In this document: positions 10,416 through 20,740 of the stretch, one piece after another
Layout of the letters: each line of letters starts with the position of its first letter
How positions within the stretch are numbered: the first letter of the stretch is position 1
Origin: a virus
IMG/VR virus record: IMGVR_UViG_3300022920_000004
Coordinates: 35,001 to 99,000 of that record
Direction: 5' to 3' (one strand)
DNA length: 64,000 bases
Program-made: the position numbers and the translations under genes
Notes under the pieces: model-generated
Told to the model about the DNA's origin: nothing
Database searches by the model: none
What the model saw: the letters and a program-made list of their open reading frames with translations, nothing else

Positions 10416-11243
10416 TTATATCTTTATTTTTTCTTTTGTTAATATTGTTACTATTTCTTTATTTATTTCTGTATATAATTCTTTAGCTAAATCTACATTA
10501 GATTCATTTATTGCTAATTGTATATTATCACCATACTTTTCAAATATCTCTGATAAATCATTGTTTAAAGCTAATTCTACAGCTTTAATAGTTTCATTAT
10601 AAACCCATTCAATAGTTTCATCAGATTGTATCCAAAAGTTAGATAATATTCTACATTCAACACCAAAATCTTTAAATCTAAATGCCCCTGCTTTACCATA
10701 CATTCTTCTACGTCTTGTATCAGGATCTAACCATACTGAAGGTAAACCTAGTAATATATCAAAAGCTTTAACAACGTTTTCTTGCTTCTCTTGAGTTACA
10801 TTAGGGAAACCTATATGAACGTGCCCTCCAGCACTTCTAAGTCTTCCTTTAGATGCTGGTGGTGTATTAGCTTCACGTTTCCAAACATTAAAATCAGGTT
10901 CGCAACCAAATCTTTTAGCTTGTTCAGTTTTAAGATACTTTTTATCCAACATTGATGAAGCTGAATAATTTAAAGATATATTATTTTTTTCAAACTTCTC
11001 ATTTAAATAATTTTTTACAAGGTTAATGTTATCTTTAAATTCATCCATTGTATTTGATGGTGGAATATTAAACTCCACCATTACGTTATCTTCTTGTACA
11101 CAATGTCCTTTATCTGTAATAGGTAAAGGTTCTTCTTTTGTACCACCAACTAATCCTTCTGCTGATATAATTTGACCATCTTTTTCTAAGAATAATTCTG
11201 GGTCACATCCTAATGTTATTACTGTTCTTTTATTATTTTTCAT
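10416..11243 (-). CDS. phiEco32-like COOH-NH2 ligase type 2
   Basis: LGCDPELFL, QEDNVMVEFNI, FGCEPDFN, RSAGGHVHIG, RRMYGKAGAFR, VECRILSNFW. Confidence 0.9.
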   Translation of the reverse strand: MKNNKRTVITLGCDPELFLEKDGQIISAEGLVGGTKEEPLPITDKGHCVQEDNVMVEFNIPPSNTMDEFKDNINLVKNYLNEKFEKNNISLNYSASSMLDKKYLKTEQAKRFGCEPDFNVWKREANTPPASKGRLRSAGGHVHIGFPNVTQEKQENVVKAFDILLGLPSVWLDPDTRRRRMYGKAGAFRFKDFGVECRILSNFWIQSDETIEWVYNETIKAVELALNNDLSEIFEKYGDNIQLAINESNVDLAKELYTEINKEIVTILTKEKIKI

Positions 11244-11441
11244 TTATTTTCTAATTTTATTCAATATCTATATTCACTTTGTCAACTAACATCCACTCAC
11301 AACTATCTATAATAAATCCAAATTCTGTTAAAAATTCTAAGATATCATCCCATTCATTTAAATCATAATTTTTTATATAAATTGTATTGTCTGTTTTATC
11401 TAAAATAATTAACTTTTTCATTTATTGTTATTTGTTTTTCA

Positions 11442-11822
11442 CTATTTTATTAATTCTAATGCTTTTTGTAAACCTTTTTCTAATGCTTGTTCGTATGTGT
11501 TCCAGCAGCCTGATTCATTAGGTCCTGAAAATTCAGAATCAGCAATATGAGTTCCTCCTCTTTCAGGTGTATAATGCGATTCCCAACAATACCCTGATGC
11601 ATTAGCATATGAGTTTACAATTATTTGATACTCTTCTCTCAACCAACGTTGTAATAAACTTTGTGTTGGTCTTAGTATAACTCTACTTACGTCTATTTGA
11701 GAATCTTCATAAACTAACCATTCATAAAAAAATTCACCATCTTCATAAAAGTAAGACATCCAATCAAATCCTTTTTTCTTAGCTAATTCAGCAACTTCAA
11801 AACTTACTAATTCATCTTTCAT
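11442..11822 (-). CDS. Hypothetical protein
   Basis: 126-aa ORF (VSFEVAELAKKKGF...PTQSLLQRWLRE...TYEQALEKGL). Confidence 0.6.
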   Translation of the reverse strand: MKDELVSFEVAELAKKKGFDWMSYFYEDGEFFYEWLVYEDSQIDVSRVILRPTQSLLQRWLREEYQIIVNSYANASGYCWESHYTPERGGTHIADSEFSGPNESGCWNTYEQALEKGLQKALELIK

Positions 11823-11834
11823 TTTTCTAATTGT

Positions 11835-12311
11835 TTAATTTGAATAATATTTATCAAAAGCATCCATTACTAAATTATAATTATGCTCATTGTAATTAGG
11901 ATATTCTTTTATAAATTCTGAAATTGGTTTTATTTTAATATCTTTTAAAAATTCAAAATTTCTAATTACTATTGCTCCCTTCGTACCTATTATATCTTCA
12001 ATAGCGTAATATTTACTACTACCTCTACCCATTGATGCTATTTCATCATAAGCATCCATTTTATCATAAGATTCACCTAGTATTTTTATAATATTTAAAA
12101 TAGAGAAATCTGAAGTGTAAATGTCACCATACAATATTACACCTTCTTCAATATTTCCTTGCATTTCACCTTCTAATCCAAATAAACTATTGTAATCACA
12201 AGGTTTTTCATTTACTAAAAAACATTTTTGTATATCATCATATTTTAAAGTAACAGATTTTAAATTTTCTATCATTACTTGCTTAATAAGTTTCTCACTA
12301 AATCTAAACAA
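11835..12311 (-). CDS. Hypothetical protein (true start possibly ATG 12275)
   Basis: ORF track; downstream ATG overlaps the upstream stop. Confidence 0.5.
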   Translation of the reverse strand: MFRFSEKLIKQVMIENLKSVTLKYDDIQKCFLVNEKPCDYNSLFGLEGEMQGNIEEGVILYGDIYTSDFSILNIIKILGESYDKMDAYDEIASMGRGSSKYYAIEDIIGTKGAIVIRNFEFLKDIKIKPISEFIKEYPNYNEHNYNLVMDAFDKYYSN

Positions 12312-12955
12312 TAATTAGAAGTTTCTGTATCACAACTACTAAATTCAGGATGTCCTTGTATAGCTAAAGCATTTGTATTTTTATAATATACAATTTCAGG
12401 TTCTAAAAACTCTCTAGGAATTTCCATTTCTTCATTTCTACCATTTAAATAAGTATCACTTTTAAAATAAGTAGACCAAGCTATTAAATCATAAGCATCT
12501 TTACTTAATTCATTAGGATACATCATTTGATGGTGTGTAGAAGTCATATTTAAAATAAGATTTTCTTTTGTACTAATAGTATGTTCACCTCCATGTCCAT
12601 TAACATGTTGTATTAAACTACCACCAGAAAGTGCTGTTAAAAACTGAGCTCCTCTACAAATTCCAATTTTAACTACAGATTTAGGTAATCTTTCCCAAAT
12701 ACTAACTTCAAAAGCATCTCTTTCTTTATCAATATGTGTAAATTTACCAATGTTTTGTCCATAGTAATCAGGATTAACATCTGAACCACCAGTAAATACG
12801 ACTAAATCAATAGTTTCTTCTTTTTTAACTAATTTACTAAAATCCGTTAAACTATTAATAACTTTAATGTTAAAATCTTTTAATTTTCCTAACCAAGTTA
12901 AATAATCGTTGTTAGAATTTCCTACTATAATAATATTTTTTTTAATTTTTGACAT
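12275..12955 (-). CDS. Class I glutamine amidotransferase / peptidase C26-like
   Basis: FTGGSDV, GICRGAQ nucleophile, THHQ, QGHPE. Confidence 0.88.
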   Translation of the reverse strand: MSKIKKNIIIVGNSNNDYLTWLGKLKDFNIKVINSLTDFSKLVKKEETIDLVVFTGGSDVNPDYYGQNIGKFTHIDKERDAFEVSIWERLPKSVVKIGICRGAQFLTALSGGSLIQHVNGHGGEHTISTKENLILNMTSTHHQMMYPNELSKDAYDLIAWSTYFKSDTYLNGRNEEMEIPREFLEPEIVYYKNTNALAIQGHPEFSSCDTETSNYCLDLVRNLLSK

Positions 12956-12966
12956 AATTTTTTATT

Positions 12967-13161
12967 TTATTTATTTTCTTTAATTGATTCTATTATTGTG
13001 TATTGACTTGGGTAACTTGCTACTAATATACGAGGTAAATATTGATTAGAATTTTTTTTATAAAAATCAATTCTAAGATTTTTCATAGTAACTTCATCAG
13101 CTATAACATCCGTACCAAATTTACTACTTGGCATACTTACGTATAATCTATAAGTTTTCAT
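12967..13161 (-). CDS. Hypothetical protein
   Basis: 64-aa ORF in operon. Confidence 0.5.
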   Translation of the reverse strand: MKTYRLYVSMPSSKFGTDVIADEVTMKNLRIDFYKKNSNQYLPRILVASYPSQYTIIESIKENK

Positions 13162-14002
13162 ATTTATCTATTAATAATTTAGGTAACTCTTCTATATACT
13201 TTTCAGAGGTTTTATCTCCAAATGAGGCGGCAGAATTTATTTCCACTACTATAAATTTAGGTGCTTCTCTCAAGTCACCGTCTTTATTTTTAGCAGATTG
13301 TATTCTTAAATCTACAGCTCCCATATCTAATCCTACAGCTTTTAAAGCTTTTACAGATTCGTCAATAACTTCATCCCAATTAACTGGTTTATCAAATAAT
13401 TCATTATCTTCTAAAATCCAATTGCAATGAGCATCATTTCTATACCATCTAACGTCTTGAGGAGCATCAGCTTGTAACATCTTTCTACAAGTATAGAAAC
13501 ATCCATTCTTAGAAATATGTAGTCTGTATTCTCTGTTATAGCTGTAATACTTTTCAAAGATATATTTACTTAAATCTTTACCTTCCATCCAAGCTTCTAA
13601 TGATTCTTGAGTATCGTGTTTTTTATTACCAGTTCCTCTACTACCAAATATATGTTTAGATATAATTGGATAAGGTAATTCTTCTATATTTTTATTTTCA
13701 CCAGTAAAGCTCTCCATAAAATTATCACCAGTATTTAAATACCAACCAGCAGTTTTAACTTCATCTTCAGTAAAACAAGTTTTCATTAATAGCTTATTAC
13801 TACTATTTTTAATAGCTTCAACAGTATTTAATTCAATTCTACCATCTGTAAATTCTTTACTACTACCAAATCTAATTACAGATTTAAATGGTAACAATGG
13901 TAATGTTTTATTTTCACGTCTTAATATATCGTGAGAAGGGTGGCGACTTCTAATAGCTGGTCTCCATCTTGTAAATCTATTTCTAATAGGCATGTTGTGC
14001 AA
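13148..14002 (-). CDS. ATP-grasp peptide ligase
   Basis: NKLLMK, GSRGTG, EYRLH, GLDMGAVD, EINSAAS. Confidence 0.85.
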   Translation of the reverse strand: MHNMPIRNRFTRWRPAIRSRHPSHDILRRENKTLPLLPFKSVIRFGSSKEFTDGRIELNTVEAIKNSSNKLLMKTCFTEDEVKTAGWYLNTGDNFMESFTGENKNIEELPYPIISKHIFGSRGTGNKKHDTQESLEAWMEGKDLSKYIFEKYYSYNREYRLHISKNGCFYTCRKMLQADAPQDVRWYRNDAHCNWILEDNELFDKPVNWDEVIDESVKALKAVGLDMGAVDLRIQSAKNKDGDLREAPKFIVVEINSAASFGDKTSEKYIEELPKLLIDKYENL

Positions 14003-14396
14003 GGCTTTTTTTAAACATTAAGTGTTCTTTCCAATCGCCACTTTTTACGATTTCTTGTTTATTTAATGGTGTATTATAAATATAACCAATAGCTTCTCCA
14101 AATGGAGTTTCAATAGTTGTTTTTAAATACATGCTCATAAAAGGATTATCTTCATTAAAACCTTCTAAGTTATCTAATTCAGCTAATGTATGATCATCAA
14201 CTTCATATACTTCCATATTTACAGAAGTGTTACCATTTTCATATAATCCAGGATAACTCCCTAAATCAACTAATGTAAATTCAGGTTCAGTTATAAAAGA
14301 ACCTTTAAATTCACTATCTTCTAAATATATATGATTATGTAATCCTTTCATTAAAGAACCATATACAGCTACTAAATATTTTTTATTGTTGTTCAT
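13983..14396 (-). CDS. Gamma-glutamylcyclotransferase (AIG2-like/GGCT)
   Basis: VAVYGSL, LGSYPG, EVYEV, LDNLEG, SGDW. Confidence 0.9.
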   Translation of the reverse strand: MNNNKKYLVAVYGSLMKGLHNHIYLEDSEFKGSFITEPEFTLVDLGSYPGLYENGNTSVNMEVYEVDDHTLAELDNLEGFNEDNPFMSMYLKTTIETPFGEAIGYIYNTPLNKQEIVKSGDWKEHLMFKKSLAQHAY

Positions 14397-14552
14397 TGTT
14401 TTTAATTGTTTTAACTGTAAATTTTAGTTATACCAGCAGATTTAATTCTTTGTTTACGTGGTAAAACTTTGTTATTATTAGTGTACTTACATTTAGGTTC
14501 AAATATCCAAAACATTAAACCTAGTATTATGTTGTATTTAAATTGTATCATT

Positions 14553-15596
14553 TTAAAAAGGTAATATATTATTAAGTTCTTGTTCTAAAATTGTAATAGC
14601 TTCTTCTTTATTAGTATTTTTAATTAAATCAGAAAAATCTTTACTTTTATAAATTGTAGGTATAAATACATTTTCAATATCAAATTCTTTTGATAATTTT
14701 TCTGCAAATATTTGTCCCCAATTTTCTTCTTTATCAAAATCATTATCATATAATAAATAAACATTAAAAAATCTATTTTTAAGTTCTGCAATTATATGTG
14801 TTTTAGGTGTTACACTTTCAGCTTGTAAACTAACAGCAGGTATTCCATACACCTCAGTTATAGCCATAACATCTTTTAATGATTTAGTAATTATCAAATG
14901 TGTACCACTTTCAGGTAATTGTTCCCAACCTTGCCAAGTAGAATAATCGTGGTTATTTAACCATTTATATTTTTCATTAAAAGGTTGATATATTTTAAAT
15001 GTTTCTAATCCATCTTTATATTCTGTAAAACAATAAGCATATTTATCAGCTTTTATTGGTTTATCATTTATAAAAATATAATCAATTGGTCTTACATGAT
15101 ATTTATCTAAAGTTTTTTTAGTTACACCAAAATCACTCCAAAATTTAATATCATACATTTTCCAATCTCTAGAACGTTTATTTAAATTAATTGGTCCACC
15201 TTCTTTAATTAAATTAGTTCTATCTTGTTTATCATAAGTAGTTTCGTGTACAACATTATCATATTTTTTATATACAAAATTATTTTGTATATTAAAATCT
15301 ACAATAATCTTAGATAAAGCTTGTATAAAATCAATATTAAATTTCATTTGAACAAACTTTACAAAATCTCCACTACCTTTGACAAAATCTTTAAAACATA
15401 CTTCACCATCTTTACCTATAAAAAATCCAAAGGAAGGGTTAGGGTCTTCTCTTAAAGGGGAATGTAATCCTCCTCTAAGTTCAACATCTTTACCATCCAT
15501 ATATTTTTTATAAACATCAATATCTTGTATATATTCAAGAATACCTTGTTTTGTAACTAATGGTTTATCTAAATATTTTTTATCATTTAAATTCAT
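14553..15596 (-). CDS. DNA primase (DnaG/TOPRIM)
   Basis: SPLREDPNPSF, FKDF, KIYQP, ITKSLKDVM, YDND, KDFSD. Confidence 0.85.
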   Translation of the reverse strand: MNLNDKKYLDKPLVTKQGILEYIQDIDVYKKYMDGKDVELRGGLHSPLREDPNPSFGFFIGKDGEVCFKDFVKGSGDFVKFVQMKFNIDFIQALSKIIVDFNIQNNFVYKKYDNVVHETTYDKQDRTNLIKEGGPINLNKRSRDWKMYDIKFWSDFGVTKKTLDKYHVRPIDYIFINDKPIKADKYAYCFTEYKDGLETFKIYQPFNEKYKWLNNHDYSTWQGWEQLPESGTHLIITKSLKDVMAITEVYGIPAVSLQAESVTPKTHIIAELKNRFFNVYLLYDNDFDKEENWGQIFAEKLSKEFDIENVFIPTIYKSKDFSDLIKNTNKEEAITILEQELNNILPF

Positions 15597-15956
15597 TTAG
15601 TAGTCATTCCATTCTTGACATTCACTAACATCGTAAGATTTAATTTTTTTTCCATTTTTGTCAGCAATTATTAATTCAATATTAGAACCATAATAACCAT
15701 TATTAGAACCATAACCAGGTACTTTTACAGAATGTCCTTTAATTGGTTTTAATTCAATACCATAATCTTCAATTCTATTAAAAAAGTTTTCATCTGTTAA
15801 ATCAAATTCCAAACCTTCAAAATCTTTTATTGTAGAATCACTAAAATCTAAATAATGGTGTTCACAACAATCTTGGTCGTGGTCAGAATATATTTTAAAA
15901 CCATTATCAAATTCAACATCATCACTAGTTACTTTTACTACTTTTAAATATTTCAT
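15597..15956 (-). CDS. Hypothetical phage protein (HDQDCCE / NGYY family)
   Basis: Start moved to ATG 15956 (MKYLKV) because the track start lies inside a terminator. Confidence 0.6.
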   Translation of the reverse strand: MKYLKVVKVTSDDVEFDNGFKIYSDHDQDCCEHHYLDFSDSTIKDFEGLEFDLTDENFFNRIEDYGIELKPIKGHSVKVPGYGSNNGYYGSNIELIIADKNGKKIKSYDVSECQEWNDY

Positions 15957-15980
15957 ATTTATAATTTTTAAGTTTATTAA

Positions 15981-16006
15981 AATAGGGGCTGTTTCCAACC
16001 CCTATT
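15981..16006 (-). terminator. Intrinsic terminator after SSB-like gene
   Basis: AATAGGGG / CCCCTATT 8-bp stem followed by T-rich run on minus strand. Confidence 0.65.
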
Positions 16007-16014
16007 AATATTAA

Positions 16015-16557
16015 TTATACCCAATCATCATCAGCTCCTGCATCAGAAGCCTTGGTTGTTGGCGCATCTTGTGCTACTTTTTCAAGTAAATCACCATTTT
16101 TAACTCTCAATCTTGTATTTTCAGTATCTGCTGGTTCAATAAAATCAAAGTATCTAATATTTAAATACTGAGAAGGTTTATAGTTAGCACTTCCGTAAGT
16201 ACAGAAAGTGTTAAATAATTTACCTTCACTATTATCTTTAATTAGCTTCATAATTTTATTCAAAGCATCTTTAGCAGATTCTGCTGGAGGAAACTTATAG
16301 TCTGCTCCTAAAACAGCTCTACCAACGTGTAATGCTCTACTAATAAGAACTTGTTCATTACCTTCGTAATAAAATCCTGCACTTGCAGAAGCACCTTCAC
16401 TATCTGTAAATACCACATTGTAATCTGGAGCATTTACATGTCCATCCAATGACTTTTTTTCTACTTTTATTGTAACATTGTCAACTTTCCCTCCTACACC
16501 GTTATTAAATACTTTAACAACTTTCTCTGCGAAATCTACTCCATTCAAATCGATCAT
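16015..16557 (-). CDS. Putative single-stranded DNA-binding protein
   Basis: Downstream of AAA_24 ATPase, acidic aromatic tail (ADDDWV), own terminator. Confidence 0.55.
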   Translation of the reverse strand: MIDLNGVDFAEKVVKVFNNGVGGKVDNVTIKVEKKSLDGHVNAPDYNVVFTDSEGASASAGFYYEGNEQVLISRALHVGRAVLGADYKFPPAESAKDALNKIMKLIKDNSEGKLFNTFCTYGSANYKPSQYLNIRYFDFIEPADTENTRLRVKNGDLLEKVAQDAPTTKASDAGADDDWV

Positions 16558-16616
16558 AATCTATCTTCGTTTTTAATTATTATTATTGTTTACTATTAAT
16601 TTTACTATTTTACTTA

Positions 16617-17378
16617 TTAGTCTAAAAATATTTCAGACCAATCTACTTTAATATTGTTATCATCATCAGATTCAATCAATACTACTTTTTTGTTTACTAA
16701 ATGTGCACATCTACCACCGCAAACTAATGATTCAGTTGCTGTAAAGTCTACTATAGTTTGGTTGTCCTTTCTATAGATATAACCTACCGCATCTACTTGA
16801 GAAGCTACAATTCTAGCCATTTGACCAGTTAATGCTAAACCTCTTTCATTCATTTCTTCACCACCTTTACCTACTAATTTCTCTTTCATATGTCCTAAAA
16901 TAATTAGAGTATCACAAATCTCTTCTAATTCATTTAAAACCATACTTAAAGCCATTCTCGTAAATCTGTAACCAGCTCCGTTAGCTAATAAAGTTACATC
17001 ATCTCCATCCCAATTTTTACCCATATTGGTATTTTTATATAATTTATTTGCAAGTGGAAGCACAATATCTTCCAAAGAAGATGCTGTATCTACTGCAATA
17101 TATTTATATAAATAAGTACCACTTTCTTTATTACGGGCTTTAATTGAATTAATAACATCCTTTAATACTATTAAAGGTGATCTATCAGATTCTCTAGCTA
17201 ATTGAAGTACATTTATTTTTAATGCTTCTACAAAATTACTACCATCTTCTAAATCTATAGTTAAACAATTATCTAATTGAGCTGTTGCGACTGTTTTACC
17301 CGTTTTAGGATTACCATAAATGATAATCTTTTTAGGGTTAACTCTACTAGCTTTTTCTTTTTTTATTGGTAATTCCAT
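16617..17378 (-). CDS. AAA_24 / Sak4-like ATPase
   Basis: YGNPKTGKT Walker A, IDLEDG, AVDT, ILGH, DAVGY. Confidence 0.85.
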   Translation of the reverse strand: MELPIKKEKASRVNPKKIIIYGNPKTGKTVATAQLDNCLTIDLEDGSNFVEALKINVLQLARESDRSPLIVLKDVINSIKARNKESGTYLYKYIAVDTASSLEDIVLPLANKLYKNTNMGKNWDGDDVTLLANGAGYRFTRMALSMVLNELEEICDTLIILGHMKEKLVGKGGEEMNERGLALTGQMARIVASQVDAVGYIYRKDNQTIVDFTATESLVCGGRCAHLVNKKVVLIESDDDNNIKVDWSEIFLD

Positions 17379-17411
17379 CTTTCATCATCATCCGTCCATC
17401 CACCACTTTAA

Positions 17412-17870
17412 TTAATCTATATAATCTATTATTTTTACTTTACAACTTGGAAATCCTTGATGTTTAAAAGTATTTCTAAAAAAATCTTTTTCTAAATAAT
17501 TCGAGTAAGGAGTAAAACCTCTAAAATTAGTTTTTCTAATATTAGGACAATATCCAAAGTAAAAATATTGTTCAAAAGTTTTTTGATATTTTAATATACT
17601 TTTTATTATTTGTTTAACTGCATGTTTAGGAAAATAATATTTACATACTCTAATAATATCATCTAAACTTCTACTTTTGTCTTTATGACAATGATGCCCT
17701 TCTCTAGAAAATACAGTTGCTTCAGATTCTCCATCTTGATAGTCTAATATCCTTTTTAAGATACTTCTAATACTTTTTGGTACTTCAGTATCTTTTCTAA
17801 ATTTAATCTTTCTACAAGTGTTATAATAATTCTCTAAATCTTCTTTTGTATTTACTTCACTTTTTTTCAT
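17412..17870 (-). CDS. Hypothetical protein (YCP family, copy 1)
   Basis: RSLDDIIRVCKYYFPK...GYCPNIRK. Confidence 0.6.
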   Translation of the reverse strand: MKKSEVNTKEDLENYYNTCRKIKFRKDTEVPKSIRSILKRILDYQDGESEATVFSREGHHCHKDKSRSLDDIIRVCKYYFPKHAVKQIIKSILKYQKTFEQYFYFGYCPNIRKTNFRGFTPYSNYLEKDFFRNTFKHQGFPSCKVKIIDYID

Positions 17871-17889
17871 TGTTTTAATTTAATTATTA

Positions 17890-19020
17890 TTAACTTGAAT
17901 ATGGTAACATTTCTGCTGGTATTGCTGATTGCTCAGTATGATTAGATAATGTAAAATCATTTATATCAAAATTTTCAAATATATCATTAAATAATATATT
18001 TTCTTTTTCATATTCATCTATTACTTCAATAGCTGAATCACCTATTAATAATTCACATTCACTATTATGCATATTAGTACTTCTACTTAATTGCTCTTTA
18101 ACAGCATCTAAGTGGGGTTCATAAATATGTACATTACTTAAATCACCTATAATACTTTTAGGAATCATATTAGTCATTTTACCTATAATCTGTGCTAAAA
18201 GTGCATAAGAAGCTATATTAAATGGAATTCCTAAATAAGAATCACATGAACGTTGATGCCATTTTAAAGTGAATTGATATTTGGGAGTACTAAAATCCCC
18301 TCTATTCTCTAAAGTTTCATAATAAGGTTGTATTTTAAATCTCTCGTTATCATTTAAAGGTTCAACCAATATCTCAAAAGACCAATGACAAGGTGGTAAA
18401 GCCATATTATCTAATTCAGCAGGATTCCAAGCTGTAACTATATGCTTAGTACCCATAGGATTTTCTTTTAATCCTTTAATAAGATTAGATATTTGGTCTA
18501 ATTTTTTACTAGGAAAATCTTCATCATAAACAGGTAAACCTTCTCCAGCTTCCAGTCCTTGCATATAACCAGCATCTCTTTCCTCAAAAGGAATACTCCA
18601 TTTTCTCCATTGAGCTCCATATATCCTACCCAAATCTCCTTTTATAGTTCCTCTGCCATCTTTAACAGCATCAACAAAATTATCTAATGTAAATGGTGTA
18701 AAATCAGTATTAACTATATTTCCAGAATATTGATTTTTATAATAATTATAAGCATCTTTATTCCAAATATTAATACCATTATCTACAAGATATTTAATAT
18801 TTGTATCTCCTCTTAAAAACCACAAAAGCTCCCCTACAACACCTTTCCAATATAACTTTTTAGTAGTTATAGCAGGAAAACCATCTTTAAAATCATGTTT
18901 AAATGTATAAGATGGTATTTGAATTCTATTTATACCTTTTCTATTAGGATCTTCATACATAAAACCATCATCTAATATTGTCTGTAAAAGATGATGGTAA
19001 GTTTTATCTATAACGCTCAT
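17890..19020 (-). CDS. thyA: Thymidylate synthase
   Basis: ELLWFLRG, YGAQWR, AWNP, LPPCH, QRSCD..LGIPFNIASY, HIYEPH. Confidence 0.96.
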   Translation of the reverse strand: MSVIDKTYHHLLQTILDDGFMYEDPNRKGINRIQIPSYTFKHDFKDGFPAITTKKLYWKGVVGELLWFLRGDTNIKYLVDNGINIWNKDAYNYYKNQYSGNIVNTDFTPFTLDNFVDAVKDGRGTIKGDLGRIYGAQWRKWSIPFEERDAGYMQGLEAGEGLPVYDEDFPSKKLDQISNLIKGLKENPMGTKHIVTAWNPAELDNMALPPCHWSFEILVEPLNDNERFKIQPYYETLENRGDFSTPKYQFTLKWHQRSCDSYLGIPFNIASYALLAQIIGKMTNMIPKSIIGDLSNVHIYEPHLDAVKEQLSRSTNMHNSECELLIGDSAIEVIDEYEKENILFNDIFENFDINDFTLSNHTEQSAIPAEMLPYSS

Positions 19021-19022
19021 GG

Positions 19023-19412
19023 TTATAAATTGTGTTTATTACGATAATTATCTAAATAATCTATTCTGTGTAAAATACTAATTTCTTCTAAGATATCATA
19101 ATTCAATCTATCTCCAAATTTCTCATTAACAACAGGTTCAGAAGGTGTTAAACCTAATTCAATGTCATCAATCATATCATCAATAGAAACTTCATGTTTT
19201 AATCTCATACCTGCTAAAGTACGTTCTCTAATTTCTTGGTTTTTTATAGATGCTTTATTAAAATTATGCATTCTATCTCCCCCACGAGCATATTCTTTTG
19301 CTTTAATTTTAAGAACATTTTTAGTTCTTTCCATTATTTTATCAAAGTATTTATCAAAATCTTCTTGTGATAAATCTTCTAAAAATAAATTATGTAATTT
19401 TTGTTTACTCAT
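19023..19412 (-). CDS. Helical protein resembling nucleotide-modification-associated / MazG-like domains
   Basis: KAKEYARGGDRMHNF...EKFGDRLNY pattern; next to thyA. Confidence 0.45.
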   Translation of the reverse strand: MSKQKLHNLFLEDLSQEDFDKYFDKIMERTKNVLKIKAKEYARGGDRMHNFNKASIKNQEIRERTLAGMRLKHEVSIDDMIDDIELGLTPSEPVVNEKFGDRLNYDILEEISILHRIDYLDNYRNKHNL

Positions 19413-19547
19413 AATTATTGTTTTAAAATATTATATTTGCTGTTAACATACCACCTAAATAAACTAATATCCAAGCTATGTTCCATTGTAGTCTACTATA
19501 ATGTGTTGTAACATTATGTTCATTATCTTTTAAAGTATACTTTTTCA

Positions 19548-20246
19548 TTACACTAAAATTTTATTAATTTCACTTATTGCAAATTCACAATTAAATTCTT
19601 CAGGATGATATTGAAAAGCAACTATAGGTAAATTTTTATGTTTAAATGCTTCTGTAAAACTAATATAATAATTTTTACCATACTTTTTTTCTGTTAAAAA
19701 CTCAGGTTCTAATAAAGAAGGACATCCTGAAATTACTGGACTAAAGCCAATAGCTTCTAAACCATCTCCTAATTTTTTAGCTGATTGATGATGAATAGTA
19801 TTAATTTTAAAAATACCATTTTCAGTCCATAAATCATCTTTAGTTTCAGATCTTGCACCATAACCTTTAGTTTGATTATGCCCTTTAACATCTTGAAATA
19901 AAGTTCCACCAAAAAAAGCATTTAAAGTTTGAAAACCTCTACAAATACCAACTATAGGTTTATTTGCCATTATAAAAGCAGGAATCATTACTGAATCTAA
20001 ATACTCATATTGAACATTACATCTACCTGTAGAATGATGAGGTATTTCATTATATCTCATTGGATTAATATCAGCACCTCCAGGAATTAATAACATGTCA
20101 CATTGTTCAGCTATTTTTTCTGGGTCATCATATTGTGTAATTAATCTTGGTATACCAAAATTTAATATAAAATTAATATAAGGTGCAGTTTGTTTCATTT
20201 CACCACCAATACTATCTGCGTAAATTCCTATTGTTTTTTTATTCAT
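19548..20246 (-). CDS. Second class I GATase / peptidase C26 (gamma-glutamyl hydrolase-like)
   Basis: PGGADINP, GICRGFQ, TIHHQ, QYHPE. Confidence 0.88.
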   Translation of the reverse strand: MNKKTIGIYADSIGGEMKQTAPYINFILNFGIPRLITQYDDPEKIAEQCDMLLIPGGADINPMRYNEIPHHSTGRCNVQYEYLDSVMIPAFIMANKPIVGICRGFQTLNAFFGGTLFQDVKGHNQTKGYGARSETKDDLWTENGIFKINTIHHQSAKKLGDGLEAIGFSPVISGCPSLLEPEFLTEKKYGKNYYISFTEAFKHKNLPIVAFQYHPEEFNCEFAISEINKILV

Positions 20247-20739
20247 CTTTAGTTTTTAATTTTGTAACTTGTTTTTCAATTTCTTCTGTTGTGTAACCTA
20301 ATTTTTTATATAAATAATATATAGTAAATTTATCTATTTCTTTAATTTCATTTTTACCAAATAATCTACGATAATCATAATAAGTTTCATTAAAAGCAAC
20401 TTTATTAATTTTATCTTCATCATCTATTACCCAATCTCCTGTATATAATACAATTTTATGAACGTGAGGACAATATATTAAATTATAATAATCATTATCT
20501 GTACATTTATCAATTATAATTTTTATTAATTGCTTATGTGTAATTTTAGAATAATAAGTTCTCATTAACTTATATAAATCAGAAAATGATCTTTTAGCAC
20601 CACATCTACATTGTTGTTTTGTACAATTTTTATCATAAAAAGTATAGGGAAAATCATAATCACTTTCATATAATCTATTAAAAAAATCTTCAGGTTTTTC
20701 ATTAACCTTTCTTTTATCTCTTACGTATAACTTATCCAT
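20239..20739 (-). CDS. Hypothetical protein (YCP family, copy 2)
   Basis: RSFSDLYKLMRTYYSK...IYCPHVHK. Confidence 0.6.
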   Translation of the reverse strand: MDKLYVRDKRKVNEKPEDFFNRLYESDYDFPYTFYDKNCTKQQCRCGAKRSFSDLYKLMRTYYSKITHKQLIKIIIDKCTDNDYYNLIYCPHVHKIVLYTGDWVIDDEDKINKVAFNETYYDYRRLFGKNEIKEIDKFTIYYLYKKLGYTTEEIEKQVTKLKTKDE

Positions 20740-20740
20740 T

